Shown: positions 36,509 through 44,662, numbered from the stretch's first letter. The stretch is 64,000 nucleotides of DNA from Candidatus Micrarchaeota archaeon (GCA_964552755.1 CAZKHX010000003.1:11899-75898), one strand, 5' to 3'. The notes: generated from the sequence alone by a model not told the origin. Made by a program: numbers and translations.

Positions 36509-37233
36509 TTGACAAATTCCAGGAACCCTCCTTTCACAAGCTCGTCCAGCACCTGCTCAATCCGGGCCTCCGGGACCCTGTACATCCGGGAGAAGTCCGA
36601 GATGGAGATGGAGCCGCCGTGGTCGGCAATCCACCCCTGCAGCTTCGTCTTCAGCACGCCGTCGGACATCCCCTGGAGGGCCTCCAGCTTGAGCTTCAGC
36701 TCGTCGTTCTCGTTCTTCAGGTCGTAGTTCTCTTTCGTGAGGCCCTTCACCTGCCTCTTCAGGATGATTGAGGACCTGCGCAGGTCCTCGGCATCCTTCC
36801 TGAGCGAATCGTACATGTCGTAGAGCTTCTTGTAGTCGCCGGTTGCATATTCGTCCATCTCCTTCACCGTCTGCTCGATGAGCTGGTAGAGGAGCTCGTT
36901 CTTTATGTTGTAGCTGTCGCCCAGCATGCTCATGATATTGAGGAAATAGCGGATTACGTTCAGCCTGCGCCGTGTGGGAGAGGCGCCCGGCGGGATTGTG
37001 TAAATCACCTCCACCTCGTCCTTGCTGAAGCGCGTGACCGAGAACACGAACGGCTTCTTGTTTATGTCACGGCTTTCAACATATGCGACGCTCACTCCGT
37101 CCCTGTCCTTGGAAATCTTCAGGAAAGAGGCCTGCCTTAGCGTGCTTGCGAGCTTCTCGGGCTTTGCCCTCATTTCCGCCTGTATCTTGAACCCGTCCAC
37201 CTTCGGTTCCGGCACTGTTTCCGGCATCTTCAC
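36505..37233 (-). CDS. cytoplasmic coiled-coil protein with C-terminal wHTH-like module (operon member 4)
   Basis: It has a heptad-rich segment LRKDAEDLRRSSIILKRQVKGLTKENYDLKNENDELKLKLEAL. The C-terminus ISISDFSRMYRVPEARIEQVLDELVKGGFLEFVK is wHTH-like. It overlaps both neighbours by 4 nt. Confidence 0.45.
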   Translation of the reverse strand: MKMPETVPEPKVDGFKIQAEMRAKPEKLASTLRQASFLKISKDRDGVSVAYVESRDINKKPFVFSVTRFSKDEVEVIYTIPPGASPTRRRLNVIRYFLNIMSMLGDSYNIKNELLYQLIEQTVKEMDEYATGDYKKLYDMYDSLRKDAEDLRRSSIILKRQVKGLTKENYDLKNENDELKLKLEALQGMSDGVLKTKLQGWIADHGGSISISDFSRMYRVPEARIEQVLDELVKGGFLEFVK

Positions 37234-37724
37234 CTACCTCCCTTTTTCCTCTTCGGAGCTGCAGCTGGTTTCGGCGCGGCTGGCTTTGCGGCCGTTTTCC
37301 GCGCAGGCTTCCCTTCAGTCGCCTTTGGCTCCAACGCAACAGCTCGTCCCGCTCGCTGTCGCTCCTGCGGCGCGCCCTCGAGCGCGGGCACGTAGTTGAG
37401 TATGGAAAGCGCAAGTATCATCACCGCAAGTATGAACGAGAAGCATATCATCTCCAGCTGGAAGCCGCCGCCGAGCAGCAGGGGCAGCAGCGGGAACCCA
37501 ATTGCAACGATTACTGCAAAGGTCGCATAGAGCACCAGCTTCTTCTCGAAGCTTTTCCTCTTCCCCCTGTACGCCTCAAGGTGCTCGTCGCACACCACGA
37601 GCTCGTTGCCTTTCAGTATCCCGAGCTTCTTCTTGCCTTCCCTTATGGTGCTGAGCACCTGGTCGTCCTTGAGGGGAGTACCCTTCGCCACTTCCTTTTC
37701 GCAAAGCCAGCATACCCTTGCCAT
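37230..37724 (-). CDS. small membrane protein with N-terminal zinc-knuckle and K/A/P-rich tail (operon member 3)
   Basis: MARVCWLCEKE...VCDEHLE is followed by two TM helices and a tail AVALEPKATEGKPARKTAAKPAAPKPAAAPKRKKGG. Confidence 0.45.
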   Translation of the reverse strand: MARVCWLCEKEVAKGTPLKDDQVLSTIREGKKKLGILKGNELVVCDEHLEAYRGKRKSFEKKLVLYATFAVIVAIGFPLLPLLLGGGFQLEMICFSFILAVMILALSILNYVPALEGAPQERQRAGRAVALEPKATEGKPARKTAAKPAAPKPAAAPKRKKGGR

Positions 37725-37728
37725 CAGC

Positions 37729-39303
37729 TCAATCCTCCAGGTAAACCTGGTCTATCTCCTTGCCCTGCAGGTCGGACTTCTTCTTGTCCGCGGCAGTGAA
37801 TATGTTGATGATGATTGTGTCCTCTATGCCGATTTCCTTCAGGAAGGCAGTTATGTTGGAGCGCTCCACGCCGAACCTCTCCAGCAGTATGATGAAGGAG
37901 ACTATGTCCAGGTGCCTGTTCTTCGTGTCGAACAGCCTCGTTATCTCCTCAATCTTGTCCTCGCCGAGCCCGAATTCGAGCATCCTCCTCCTCAAGTCGT
38001 CCTTCTGGAACGAAACCGACCTAGCCACATCCATCTCCTCCTTCTGCTCCTTGGTGAGGACGCCCTCCAGCTCGAGAAAGAGCTCCCTTACCGGCTCCTC
38101 GCCCTCTATCTTGTCTATCAGGAAAGTCGAGGGGTAGGGCTCGGCGGTGGCGAATGCCATGTTCACCGCAGTCTGGCCGACTCCCAGCCTCGCAATCTCG
38201 TTGCGCATGAAGCTGCTGAAGTTGAGCGTGCCCTGCACGTAGTCAAGGAAGCGCTCGAACTTTATCTTCAGTATGAAGGTGCTGCCAACGTTCGAGAAGA
38301 TTGCCTCGCTGATGTCCGTTGGGTTCTGCGACGCGACAATCAGCCCGAAATTGTACTTCCTGCCTTCGCGGACAATCATCACCGCGTCGCTGTTGTCGTC
38401 CTTCGCAATCTTCCACGCCTCATCCAGCACTATGATGAGGCGGAGGCCCTTTGCCTTTGCCCAGCCCGCGGCTCGCATCCTCTCCTTTATGAACTGGAGC
38501 ACCGCAAGCGCGCCCAGCGCCCTGAAGCGCTCATCGGGGAGGCCGCTCAGGTCGAAGGAAACGAGGCCGGAAGTGGTAAGCTCGTCAAGGCTCACTGTGC
38601 TCTGGCTCGCGAAATAGTCCTCGCCCGGCTTCGTGAACTCCTTGAGCCGGTAAATCGCATTGTCCAGCTCCGCCGGGAATTCGTACGCGCCCATGGACGC
38701 CTGCTCCTCAAGCAGCTTCACGACGTCCTTCAGGGTGGGCGGGGTAAGCGGCCGGCCGAGCTCGTCCCTCTGCTCCTTCACGTCCATCCTGTACTTGTTG
38801 TTCGCATATGCCTTCTCGATTGCCTGCTCGGTAAGCCTCCTCTGCTCGGGGTACTGCTCTATGTTGGTGAGTATCGCAAGGGTGCGCATCACCTGCTTTA
38901 TCCTGTCATACGGCTTCATGCCGCCGAGGTCGAGCAGGTTGAGGTGCGAGCCCTTCCCGAGCGAGATTACGCGGCCCCCGGTCTGCCTCACCCAGTCCTT
39001 GTATTCCCCCGCCCAGTCGATTATGAGGGCGTTGGAGTTCCACACGAAGGATGCGCGCGTAAGGAACGTCTTGATGAAATATGACTTGCCCGAGCCGGTA
39101 ATCCCTACCGCGCAGATGTGCGGGTTGGTGAGCGCCTGGTAGGACCAGTAGAAGGGCGAATGCAGCATCTTTGTGCGGCCCACATAAATGGAATCCGTGG
39201 GGTCGTCGCACAGGGCCCTGAACGGCGGCTCCGGCGGGTGCACTAATATGTTCCTCTTCGCAAGTTCCTTGTTGGAGATTTTTGCGATGTTAAGGTGCCC
39301 CAT
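37729..39303 (-). CDS. VirB4/TrbE/TraC-like (AAA_10, HerA-FtsK superfamily) ATPase (operon member 2)
   Basis: It has Walker A NPHICAVGITGSGKSYF, Walker B LRLIIVLDEAWKI, and the VirB4-style box VREGRKYNFGLIVASQNPTDI. HLNLLDLGG resembles the NPxD substrate-site motif. Confidence 0.7.
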   Translation of the reverse strand: MGHLNIAKISNKELAKRNILVHPPEPPFRALCDDPTDSIYVGRTKMLHSPFYWSYQALTNPHICAVGITGSGKSYFIKTFLTRASFVWNSNALIIDWAGEYKDWVRQTGGRVISLGKGSHLNLLDLGGMKPYDRIKQVMRTLAILTNIEQYPEQRRLTEQAIEKAYANNKYRMDVKEQRDELGRPLTPPTLKDVVKLLEEQASMGAYEFPAELDNAIYRLKEFTKPGEDYFASQSTVSLDELTTSGLVSFDLSGLPDERFRALGALAVLQFIKERMRAAGWAKAKGLRLIIVLDEAWKIAKDDNSDAVMIVREGRKYNFGLIVASQNPTDISEAIFSNVGSTFILKIKFERFLDYVQGTLNFSSFMRNEIARLGVGQTAVNMAFATAEPYPSTFLIDKIEGEEPVRELFLELEGVLTKEQKEEMDVARSVSFQKDDLRRRMLEFGLGEDKIEEITRLFDTKNRHLDIVSFIILLERFGVERSNITAFLKEIGIEDTIIINIFTAADKKKSDLQGKEIDQVYLED

Positions 39304-39312
39304 GGAAAAACC

Positions 39313-40119
39313 TCAGAACACCTCTGCCTCCAGCTCCCTGGGGCCGGGCGGCATTACCTTCTCCCATTCGAAGCACTTCATCATCTCGTCGGCAGTGAGC
39401 GGCTCCACCTGCACGTTGAGGGAGTTCGCAAGCGTAATCCTCAGCTCACGGACCTGCGCTTTCGTGGCGGCGACCGCAGCTTCCTTGCTCACCCCGCTCG
39501 CGGTAGTCATCGCATACGCGAGCACGCCCATGGGCCGTATTCCCTTTGTGAGCTTCGCAAGCTGGGTGTCCCACATGCCCACTTCGCGCTCGTAGCGGTC
39601 TATCTTGAGCACGTCCGGGTCCGACTTGTCCCTCTCCCTCGCGAGCCGGAGCTGGGCCTCTGCCTTCTTCTCCTCTATTTTCCTCCTCTTCTGGCCCACG
39701 TCCTCGGCATACATCATGTAGGAAATCTTGGCCACGTATTTTATGTTGGAGATTGCCCTCTCGAAATCCTCGTTGTAGGCAATGTTCTGCTCCATGCTCC
39801 TCTCGGTCGCAGACTCGAAAATCCTTATCCCGAGGAACGCGGAGGCGTAGTACATGTTCCCGACCTTCTTGATTATCACGTCCTGCGCGGGAGGGATTTC
39901 ATAGCCCGTATCGGTGAGCATTACGGTATTCGTGCGCTGGGTCACCATGGGTATGATCACGTATCCGTATTTGAGGACAAGCACCGCAACCATGCTCCCA
40001 AGGCCTGCGAGTATTGCGCCGAAGAGGCTGGGGATTCCGCTGCCTGAAGCGAGCGCGAACACCGCCCCGAGCACCCCAACGCCGGCCGCCCCGTATGCTA
40101 TCTGCTTTTGGGTTATCAT
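39313..40119 (-). CDS. membrane protein with two N-terminal TM helices plus soluble domain (operon member 1; possible VirB3/VirB4-N-terminal analogue)
   Basis: The TM helices are AAGVGVLGAVFALASG and LFGAILAGLGSMVAVLVL. The first ATG is at 40119. In-frame GTG at 40128 and TTG at 40131 lie ~27-30 nt from the TATA-like TTTATAAAG at 40154-40162. Confidence 0.5.
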   Translation of the reverse strand: MITQKQIAYGAAGVGVLGAVFALASGSGIPSLFGAILAGLGSMVAVLVLKYGYVIIPMVTQRTNTVMLTDTGYEIPPAQDVIIKKVGNMYYASAFLGIRIFESATERSMEQNIAYNEDFERAISNIKYVAKISYMMYAEDVGQKRRKIEEKKAEAQLRLARERDKSDPDVLKIDRYEREVGMWDTQLAKLTKGIRPMGVLAYAMTTASGVSKEAAVAATKAQVRELRITLANSLNVQVEPLTADEMMKCFEWEKVMPPGPRELEAEVF

Positions 40120-40162
40120 CGGGAACACCAACGGTTCCCATTTGCATCTAACGTTTATAAAG

Positions 40163-41479
40163 CTACTGAATGGCGGCCTTCACAATTTCCTCCGCATCCC
40201 CAAGGTAGGTAACGGGGTCGAACAAATAGTCCAGCTCCTTCTTCTTGAACTTCTTCGCGAGCTTGCTTTTCTCGAGCTCCTTCCTCAATGAGGTCTTCTT
40301 CTCGAAGGCGCTGTGGGCGAGGCTGCGCACTTCCTCGTGGGCCTCCTGCCTCCCGAGCCCCTTCTCCACCAGCGCAATCATGAGCCTCTCCGCGAGGATG
40401 CCTCCCCTGCTGAGCTCGAGGTTCTTCGTTATGTTCTCCGGGAAGAAGCGGAGCCCCTTGAGCACCTTTATCGACTCAACGAGCATGTAGTCCGTGACGA
40501 TGAAGCTCTCCGGGAAGATGAACCGCTCGTTTGCCGAGTTCGTGAGGTCCCTCTCATGCTCCAGCGGGATGTTCTCCAGCGCGACCTGCACGTTCGCGCG
40601 CACGAGGCGCGCGAGGGAGCACAGGCGCTCGCTCCTGTGCGGGTTCCTCTTCTGCGGCATGGTGGAGGAGCCCACCTGCTTCTTGCCGAAGGATTCCGAG
40701 AGCTCGCCCATCTCCGGCCTGCTGAGGTTGCGCACTTCCTTTGCAATCTTCTCCACTGCCGCTGCAATGCACGCAAGCGTGAACATGGATTCCGCGTGCC
40801 TGTCCCTCTGTATTACCTGCGTGGTGACCTTTGCGGGCCTGAGCTTCAGGCGGAGGAGCATGTCATTCTCAATCCTTGCGCCCTTATTCCCCAGTGCAGC
40901 CCTCGTGCCGACCGCGCCTCTCATCTTCCCCACGGAGATGCGGTCCCTTGCCGCGCGCAGGCGCTCTAGGTTCCTCTGCGCATCCGCATAATAGAGCGCA
41001 AACTTCATGCCGTACGTGGTCGGGATTGCATGCTGGCCGTGCGTGCGGCCCACGCACACTGTTTTCGCGTGCTTCATTGCGAGGTTCTTCAGCAGGCCCA
41101 TGAGGCGCTTGAGCCTCTCTTCAAGAAGGTCGAAGCCCTCCCTGAACTGCAGTGCAGTGGCCGTGTCCTCTATGTCGTAGCTGGTTGCGCCGAGGTGAAC
41201 GTAGCCCCCGTACTTGCCGCTCTTCTCCGCCAATGCTTTTACCGCGGCCATGAGGTCGTGGTGGATTTCCTCTTCTATTTTCCAGATGCGCTCCACCTTC
41301 ACTTTCTTCGCGCCGGCCTCGATTGCCTTGGGCGCCTGCTTGGGGATCATGCCTGCCTGCGCCTCTGCCTTTGCAAGCGCGACCCAGACCCTCATCCAGC
41401 TCCTGTACCTGCTTTCCTCGTCGAAAATCCTGCTCATTTCCGTCTTATATCTGTAATCAAGAGGAGACACTGCCATCAT
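40163..41479 (-). CDS. purB: adenylosuccinate lyase
   Basis: It has the fumarate-lyase signature GSSTMPQKRNPHRSE, and its N-terminus and length are typical. Confidence 0.9.
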   Translation of the reverse strand: MMAVSPLDYRYKTEMSRIFDEESRYRSWMRVWVALAKAEAQAGMIPKQAPKAIEAGAKKVKVERIWKIEEEIHHDLMAAVKALAEKSGKYGGYVHLGATSYDIEDTATALQFREGFDLLEERLKRLMGLLKNLAMKHAKTVCVGRTHGQHAIPTTYGMKFALYYADAQRNLERLRAARDRISVGKMRGAVGTRAALGNKGARIENDMLLRLKLRPAKVTTQVIQRDRHAESMFTLACIAAAVEKIAKEVRNLSRPEMGELSESFGKKQVGSSTMPQKRNPHRSERLCSLARLVRANVQVALENIPLEHERDLTNSANERFIFPESFIVTDYMLVESIKVLKGLRFFPENITKNLELSRGGILAERLMIALVEKGLGRQEAHEEVRSLAHSAFEKKTSLRKELEKSKLAKKFKKKELDYLFDPVTYLGDAEEIVKAAIQ

Positions 41480-41543
41480 ACCACAAAACGCTTTCCGCGG
41501 GAAGGATTAAAAGGCTTCTTTTCCGCCCTTCCGTCGGCAAAAA

Positions 41544-42104
41544 CTAGTCCTGCTCCTTCCGGTAGCCGCGGCCGTAAATCATCTTCCTGCGCACCGGTTT
41601 TCCCGTATTCTTGTTGAGGCGCGGCTCTTCCGTACTGTACGAATCGGTGCGCTGCGGCTGCGAATCGCTCCAGGAATCCGTGCGCCGGGGCCTCGAATCA
41701 AGCATTTCGCTGCGCGGCCTGCCCCCGTAGTTTATGCGCATGGGCTCCTTCTTCCCCTCAACATCAAGGAGCAGCCAGCGGTCCTTCACCTGCAGCTTCT
41801 TCTTCAGCACCGTATATGCCGCCTCCATTGGAAGGGAGCGGGAGTTGGAGCTCACCACAAGCACCTTGTAGTTCGCGGGAGTGCTGTTGAGGTAGGTGAG
41901 CGTCTCGAAGAAGTCGCGCTTGCTGCCGAACTCCACCCTGAGCGCAATCGAGATGTTCTTGCCCTGCAGGGTGATGCCGCGATCGCTCTTCCCGGAAACC
42001 GTGAACCTCTTGCTTAGCCCTATCAGTTCATAGGTCGTAAGCAATGAGGGGATGAGGTTTTCGACCGGCTTTTTAACCGATGCGATTTCCGAGAGCACAT
42101 CCAT
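41544..42104 (-). CDS. hypothetical protein with basic, R/S/D-rich disordered tail
   Basis: This is the C-terminal portion of the 510-aa track ORF, the rest of which is antisense to AMMECR1. I chose Met at 42104 because it lies ~27 nt from the shared TATA. Starts at 42143 and 42158 are alternatives. The tail repeats RTDSWSDSQPQRTDSYS. Confidence 0.4.
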   Translation of the reverse strand: MDVLSEIASVKKPVENLIPSLLTTYELIGLSKRFTVSGKSDRGITLQGKNISIALRVEFGSKRDFFETLTYLNSTPANYKVLVVSSNSRSLPMEAAYTVLKKKLQVKDRWLLLDVEGKKEPMRINYGGRPRSEMLDSRPRRTDSWSDSQPQRTDSYSTEEPRLNKNTGKPVRRKMIYGRGYRKEQD

Positions 42105-42126
42105 AGTGTATGCATTGATGGGATGG

Positions 42127-42136
42127 TATTTTATAG
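42127..42136. promoter_or_regulatory. shared bidirectional TATA-like box (TATTTTATAG)
   Basis: Its centre is 25.5 nt from ATG 42157 (+, AMMECR1) and 27.5 nt from ATG 42104 (-). This is the spacing expected between an archaeal TATA box and the TSS, which implies leaderless mRNAs in both directions. Confidence 0.4.
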
Positions 42137-42156
42137 CTTCCATGAGATAGCTGGCC

Positions 42157-42729
42157 ATGGGGTTTTCTGGGGAGGAAAAGGCCAAGCTGCTTCTTCTCGC
42201 GCGGAAGGCGATAGGGCAATTCCTGGAGACCGGGGAAGCGCCGGAAGTGGTGAAGGAGGTGGATGCCGCTGAATTCTCCGAGCCGCGCGGGGTGTTCGTC
42301 ACGCTCAGGCGCGGGGGCGAGCTCAGGGGGTGCATCGGCTTCCCCCTGCCTACCTTGCCGCTCGGGAGGGCGGTGATGCAGGCGGCGGTTGCCGCAGCCA
42401 GCTCGGACTTCAGGTTCCCGCAGGTCACGCTCGAGGAGCTGCCGGACATTGCAATAGAGATAAGCGTGCTCACCGTTCCTGAAAAAATAGAGGTGGAGAA
42501 ACCGGAGGAGTACCCCCGGAAGGTTAAAATAGGCGAGGACGGCCTTATCATCGAATGCATGGGCCACTCCGGGCTGCTGCTCCCGCAGGTGCCGGTGGAG
42601 GAGGGGTGGGACGCGGAAACTTTCCTCGGCCACCTGTGCATGAAGGCGGGCCTGCCCCCGGGGACGTGGAAAAACGAGGGTGTGGAAATAAAGGCTTTCA
42701 AGGCGGAGATAATGAGTGAGGGAAAATGA
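42157..42729 (+). CDS. AMMECR1-domain protein
   Basis: The signature GELRGCIGFPLP is present and the length is typical. Confidence 0.8.
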   Translation: MGFSGEEKAKLLLLARKAIGQFLETGEAPEVVKEVDAAEFSEPRGVFVTLRRGGELRGCIGFPLPTLPLGRAVMQAAVAAASSDFRFPQVTLEELPDIAIEISVLTVPEKIEVEKPEEYPRKVKIGEDGLIIECMGHSGLLLPQVPVEEGWDAETFLGHLCMKAGLPPGTWKNEGVEIKAFKAEIMSEGK

Positions 42730-43562
42730 AGGCAAAGGTCATCAAGAGGCAAAGCGGAAGCTACATACGGCTGCCGGAAGAGCTGCGCGGCGAGAGCGAA
42801 GTAGAGCTGCACACCCTCCGTGACGGTTTCTATTTGCTCAGCGTGCCCCTTGGGGGCGGAAGCAAAGGGGCAGAAGCTGCCAATAGCGGCGGAGGGGAAG
42901 CGCATGCCCCGGCTGAAGGCGCGGGGGATTCTGATGCGGCCCGCGCTCCTGCGGGGAATGCCGCAAGCGGCGCTGTTGGCCCCCCTCCTGCTGCAGGGCC
43001 GGGGCTTGATGCGCAGGAGGGCGCCCTGCTCAGGAAGCTCATTTCCATCCCGTTTGGAAAACGCGTGCCTTCCCACCTTGCAAAAGTGCTTACGGAGGGG
43101 GAGAAGGAGGCTCTCAATGGGCTGAAGAAAAAGGGCGCGGTCTCGTTCTTCAGGAGCGACAAATACAAAGAGGGGGTGTTCAACATAAGCAAGAAATTCT
43201 ACGGCAACATGGGGAGGGAAGCCCCGGCCGGCCCCTCGGAGATGGAGAAGCAGCTCTTCCGCGACGGGTATCTCGTGATAACCGACAGGAGGGTGGCGCA
43301 GGACCTCTCGGAAAAGCTCTCAAGGCAGAGGTTCACCATCGCCGGCGTGAAGGCATTCGACGGAAAATACTACATCGCGACAAAGGCATTCCTTGGGAAA
43401 GTGAACGGCCTGCTCGCAAAGGCCGGGCCGGAAGTGGAGCCCCGCATGCTGGTTGAGAAATTCGGCGGCGAGCCGATGGGGTATGCGGCCGCGCTGAAAA
43501 TCCTCGCGGAAAGCGGGGAATACGCAGAAGAGAAGGGCGGAATTTTCGTGAAGGTGGATTGA
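42726..43562 (+). CDS. hypothetical protein (AbrB/SpoVT-like N-terminus, G/A/P-rich linker, wHTH-like C-terminal modules)
   Basis: MKAKVIKRQSGSYIRLPEELRGESEVELHTLRDGFYLL resembles a swapped-hairpin barrel. The low-complexity region spans aa 45-100. It overlaps both neighbours by 4 nt. Confidence 0.45.
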   Translation: MKAKVIKRQSGSYIRLPEELRGESEVELHTLRDGFYLLSVPLGGGSKGAEAANSGGGEAHAPAEGAGDSDAARAPAGNAASGAVGPPPAAGPGLDAQEGALLRKLISIPFGKRVPSHLAKVLTEGEKEALNGLKKKGAVSFFRSDKYKEGVFNISKKFYGNMGREAPAGPSEMEKQLFRDGYLVITDRRVAQDLSEKLSRQRFTIAGVKAFDGKYYIATKAFLGKVNGLLAKAGPEVEPRMLVEKFGGEPMGYAAALKILAESGEYAEEKGGIFVKVD

Positions 43563-44662
43563 TGATAATCAGGGACCCGCTCAGGGGCAATATAGAGCTC
43601 ACGGATTTTGAGAAGAGGATAGTTGACGCTTCGGATTTCCAGAGGCTGAGGAGGGTAAGGCAGCTCGCCATGGCTTACATGATTTATCCGGGCGCGATGC
43701 ACACCCGGTTCGAGCATTCCCTCGGGACGATGCAGCTCGCATCCTCCATCTGCTCCCGCCTCGGTATTGAAGGGGAAGAAGCGGAGAAGACAAGGCTGTA
43801 CGCGCTCCTGCACGACCTGGGCCACGTTGCGTTTTCCCATGACGGGGAGCGCGCAACCGAGAGGGCGCTCGGCACCCATGAGGAAATCGGGGAAACGAAA
43901 TTGCTGGAAGGCGAAGTGGGGGAAGCGGTCTCCGAAAGGTTCAGGCCTTCCGAGATACTCGAGGCGGGGAAGGGCCGCGGGGAGCAGATAGTCGCGGGAG
44001 ACATAGGCGCGGACCGCATGGACTACCTCGGCCGGGACGCATACCACATAGGAGTCGCATACGGGACAATAGACACTGACCGGATAATACACACGCTGAT
44101 GCTTGAGGACGGGCAGGTGTGCGTGCACAAGAGCGGGCTGGAGGCCGCGGAATCCCTGCTCATAGGCAGGTTCATGATGTTTTCAACAGTGTACCTGCAC
44201 AAGACCGTGCGCATCTCCTCCGCAATGCTGAACCGCGCAATCTCGGCTGCACTTTCATCCGGGGGGATGAAGGCGGAGGACTTCCTTTCCATGGGGGATG
44301 AGGAGGCAATGCTTGCGCTCCGCGGCTGCGAAGAGAGCATGCCCTATGCCGAAGCCCTTGCCAACAGGAGGTTCTACAAGCAGGCATATTCGCTTCCCGC
44401 TTCCGGGGTTGACGGAAAGATGGGGGAGGAGCTGTCAAGGGAGTGCGGCTGCGAAGTGATTGTGGACCTGCCGAACGTGCCTTCCAAGCTCAGTGGCTTC
44501 GGGGTGAAGACCCCCGAAGGGACAAAGAACATCCTTGAGGTTTCAGGGCTGGTGAAGGCGCTGCTTTCCGCAGAGGAGGAGAGGATGCTTGCACTCGTAA
44601 TCTGCCCCGCGGAAAACAGGGAAAAAGTGCGCAGCGCCGCAGAGGCCTACTGCACGAAATAG
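43559..44662 (+). CDS. HD-domain phosphohydrolase (SAMHD1/dGTPase-like, COG1078 type)
   Basis: RTRFEHSLGTMQLA...ALLHDLGHVAFSHDGE...DRMDYLGRDAYHIGV matches HD...D dNTP triphosphohydrolase-type motifs. Confidence 0.75.
   Translation: MMIIRDPLRGNIELTDFEKRIVDASDFQRLRRVRQLAMAYMIYPGAMHTRFEHSLGTMQLASSICSRLGIEGEEAEKTRLYALLHDLGHVAFSHDGERATERALGTHEEIGETKLLEGEVGEAVSERFRPSEILEAGKGRGEQIVAGDIGADRMDYLGRDAYHIGVAYGTIDTDRIIHTLMLEDGQVCVHKSGLEAAESLLIGRFMMFSTVYLHKTVRISSAMLNRAISAALSSGGMKAEDFLSMGDEEAMLALRGCEESMPYAEALANRRFYKQAYSLPASGVDGKMGEELSRECGCEVIVDLPNVPSKLSGFGVKTPEGTKNILEVSGLVKALLSAEEERMLALVICPAENREKVRSAAEAYCTK

Noticed and set aside
37606-39084. A 492-aa plus-strand ORF
   Set aside because: It is entirely antisense to the VirB4-like ATPase, which has clear Walker motifs. 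Its composition is L/R/H/E/P-biased with no motif.
33950-40131. The VirB4-like operon as part of an integrated plasmid or provirus
   Set aside because: There is no integrase, att-like direct repeat, replication or capsid gene. The flanks are housekeeping genes, and I could see no obvious compositional break by eye. I cannot fully exclude this without a formal GC and k-mer analysis.
42156-42159. Divergent genes with literally overlapping start codons in CCATGG (42157 on the + strand, 42158 on the - strand)
   Set aside because: This would leave no promoter for either gene. Placing the minus-strand start at Met 42104 puts both starts ~26-27 nt from one TATA box, which is a simpler explanation.
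41544-43076. A 510-aa minus-strand ORF in the track
   Set aside because: Its N-terminal ~320 aa are antisense to the well-supported AMMECR1 gene and the following + strand gene. They are S/P/A/R-rich low-complexity sequence typical of GC-rich antisense frames. Only the C-terminal part (41544-42104) was kept.
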